NCBI GenBank assembly: GCA_021162125.1
Contig: JAGGZG010000239.1
Location: 1 to 35,804 of the forward strand
DNA length: 35,804 nucleotides
Reading direction: 5' to 3'
DNA from: Anaerolineae bacterium
GTDB taxonomy: Bacteria > Chloroflexota > Anaerolineae > JACIWR01
The position numbers and the translations under genes were made by a program. Under the pieces are notes generated by a model that worked only from the letters and a program-made list of their open reading frames with translations, made no database searches and was not told the origin of the DNA. Positions 33,965 to 35,804 of this stretch are shown piece by piece (positions within the stretch are counted from its first letter, which is position 1; each line of letters begins with the position of its first letter).

Positions 33965-34765
33965 GTGGCGGGTTCGACGGATGTGGGCGGAATTTGGCCG
34001 CAGTTAAAGGGTGCTTTCCGTGAGCGATGGGGGCTGTGGCTCGTGATCGCGCTGGGGGTAGCGCTCATCGTCGCCCTGGCACTGTGCGAGGTGGGCAGAA
34101 TGGCCGTCGCCATCAGTGCGCGACCCTCACCAACCGCCACCGTCCAGCCCACTCCCTCACTCGCGCCACCGACGGCCACATCGAGCGCTACTCCCTTGCC
34201 TACGGCCACGCGCACTTCTACCCCGACCCCGACCATCACCCCCACTCCGACGTCCACGCCCATTGTCCTCGGCCCGCCGCAGATTCACGCCCTGGGCCGC
34301 CTGGAGCCCATCCGCTACGCACTGACCACCATCGTCGAGGGCAAGCGCGGCTCCGGCGGTGTACTGGAGTGGGTGGGCCTGGGCACGGTGGAGCTGGTGC
34401 TGATCGTGCCCGGCGAGGTGATCGCCGGGGTGGACTTGGCCACGGTCACGGCGGACGACATCCAGGTGCGGGGGGACGCGGTTACGTTGGTGTTGCCCGC
34501 GCCGGAAGTGCTGGTCACGCGAGTGGATCCGGGCGCAGTGCGGGTGTACGACCTCAAGCAGAAGCTCTTTGCCCCTGCACCCGACGAGCTGGAGCTGGAG
34601 TTGCTGGCTCGCGCGGAGGACAACTTGCGTGGTCAGGCGCTGGAAGCGGGCATCCTGGATGGGGCGCGGAGCGTGGCCGAAGCGCAGCTCACCAATTGGC
34701 TCTACGAGCTGGGCTTTCGGCGGGTGACCATTTTCTGGCGAGCTCCCACGCCCTCTGCCCATTAA
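33965..34765 (+). CDS. DUF4230-like membrane-anchored protein with Pro/Thr-rich linker
   Basis: N-terminal TM helix, PT repeats, GEVIAGVDL, LPAPEV, AGILDGA and LGFRRV; GAGGAGG RBS. Confidence 0.8.
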   Translation: MAGSTDVGGIWPQLKGAFRERWGLWLVIALGVALIVALALCEVGRMAVAISARPSPTATVQPTPSLAPPTATSSATPLPTATRTSTPTPTITPTPTSTPIVLGPPQIHALGRLEPIRYALTTIVEGKRGSGGVLEWVGLGTVELVLIVPGEVIAGVDLATVTADDIQVRGDAVTLVLPAPEVLVTRVDPGAVRVYDLKQKLFAPAPDELELELLARAEDNLRGQALEAGILDGARSVAEAQLTNWLYELGFRRVTIFWRAPTPSAH

Positions 34766-34786
34766 GCGGGCTGCACCCTGATTGTA

Positions 34787-34862
34787 GGACGCAGATGAAC
34801 GCCGATAGGCGCTGATTTTCTATTTTATTTTTATCTGCGAAAATCTGCGTGAATCTGCGTCC
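34787..34862. repeat. Inverted array of 10-nt repeats (ATCTGCG core) between convergent genes
   Basis: GGACGCAGAT... and ...ATCTGCGAAAATCTGCGTGAATCTGCGTCC flank an AT-rich spacer. Confidence 0.75.
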
Positions 34863-34873
34863 AAGTGGGATTG

Positions 34874-35665
34874 TCAGACAATCAGGGACTGCACCTGAAA
34901 CTGAAAGCGAGCCCGGAAGCGACGCAGCAGGCGCAGGATGGGTGCCCCGAAGAGCAGGAGCAGCAGCGCGTTGCCCGCCGCCCGCCCTACGTCCCACCAC
35001 AGTGAGGTAATGACGTAGAAAGCGGCGTAACGCTTCAGTGTCTCGATTGCTCCTAGACCGGGCTGCCAGTAGATCGCCGTCTGCGTCGGGTCGAACACGA
35101 AGGGCCAGAACCAGAGATTCATCATTGCCCCGAAGGCGAATCCCCAGCCCAACCCCCACACGGTGAGCATGGTCACCTCCAGGCGCGGCCAGCGCCGCAG
35201 ATCGGGCAGCCAGGCCGAGGCCATCCCGATCCACCCCGTGGCGAACATCTGAAAGGGCAGCCACGGCCCCACTCCGGCCCCCATGAGCGCCGATACCAGC
35301 AGCGAGAGCGCCCCCAACAGAAAGCCGAAAGTCGCCCCGTAACAGTACCCGGCCAGGATGGGCAGGAAAAACACCGCCGCGAACCCGGCCGGCCCGGGCA
35401 CGGCGCGTAGCACGGCGTTAACCGCTGTGAGGATGCCCAGCACGGCGATGATCTTGGAGTTGATCTGCCCGGAGCTGAGGTTGGTCAACACTGCGCCCAG
35501 ACAGAAGACCATCAGGATGATGAATAAAAATGGTGCGTCGCCGGAGTGGGACAGCGCCCCGTGGACTGAATTCGCCGGCTGGGGGACAAAGAAGGGGTAT
35601 AGGAACGCGGCGACGCCTACCAGGCTGGCTGCGGCCAGGACGATGGCGTTAAGAAACTTTTTCAT
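34874..35665 (-). CDS. ECF transporter S component
   Basis: Multi-TM; FFLPILAGYCYGATFGF, GVGPWLPFQMF, TSLWWDVGRAAGN; coupled to the upstream ATPase. Confidence 0.85.
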   Translation of the reverse strand: MKKFLNAIVLAAASLVGVAAFLYPFFVPQPANSVHGALSHSGDAPFLFIILMVFCLGAVLTNLSSGQINSKIIAVLGILTAVNAVLRAVPGPAGFAAVFFLPILAGYCYGATFGFLLGALSLLVSALMGAGVGPWLPFQMFATGWIGMASAWLPDLRRWPRLEVTMLTVWGLGWGFAFGAMMNLWFWPFVFDPTQTAIYWQPGLGAIETLKRYAAFYVITSLWWDVGRAAGNALLLLLFGAPILRLLRRFRARFQFQVQSLIV

Positions 35666-35804
35666 CGTCTCCCCAACACATCCTCCACGGTCAGGAACCG
35701 TGCATCGCGGAAGAGCTTATTCACCTGCGAGGCGAAGACCTGTGAGTCGGTCATCACCTGGCGAACGGGACCATCCACCACCACCTGGCCCTCGCCCAGG
35801 ATAA
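35662..35804 (-). CDS. ECF/ABC transporter ATPase, C-terminal fragment (5'-partial)
   Basis: Manual translation ...ILGEGQVVVDGPVRQVMTDSQVFASQVNKLFRDARFLTVEDVLGRR*, with ATGA overlap into the S component. Confidence 0.7.
   Translation of the reverse strand, partial: ILGEGQVVVDGPVRQVMTDSQVFASQVNKLFRDARFLTVEDVLGRR

Overview
GC-rich bacterial chromosomal window, most consistent with an anaerobic Chloroflexota (Anaerolineae-like) genome; the taxonomy is inferred from gene content and repeat style, not from a search. From left to right: (i) a PP2C / J-domain-VWA / zinc-ribbon-FHA phosphosignalling cluster, followed by an OmpR regulator, a small GTPase and a MoaD/ThiS protein; (ii) split lysine-ketoglutarate reductase + saccharopine dehydrogenase + ornithine aminotransferase; (iii) an uncharacterised toxin-antitoxin-like gene pair beside a tyrosine recombinase and a lipase; (iv) a MarR-controlled cupin / Fe-S membrane protein / ABC exporter / hydrolase operon, and an EamA transporter; (v) the most notable locus, a minus-strand operon cooF-cooS-nuoE/hydC-nuoF/hydB-short nuoG/hydA. 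This is a Ni-CO dehydrogenase joined to a HydABC(Bfu)-type flavin module with electron-bifurcation signatures, preceded by a DosS-like GAF kinase and a NarL-type regulator in place of CooA/RcoM; (vi) an aminotransferase, rph, valS with a Val T-box, a site-2 protease, DUF4230 and ECF transporter genes. Non-coding structure includes a perfect 78-bp-arm palindrome with a second partial copy 31 kb away, a 153-bp MITE with a 6-bp target duplication upstream of cooF, and a family of nested REP-like palindromes, one of which lies in-frame inside the NuoF-like gene. I found no rRNA, tRNA or CRISPR array.
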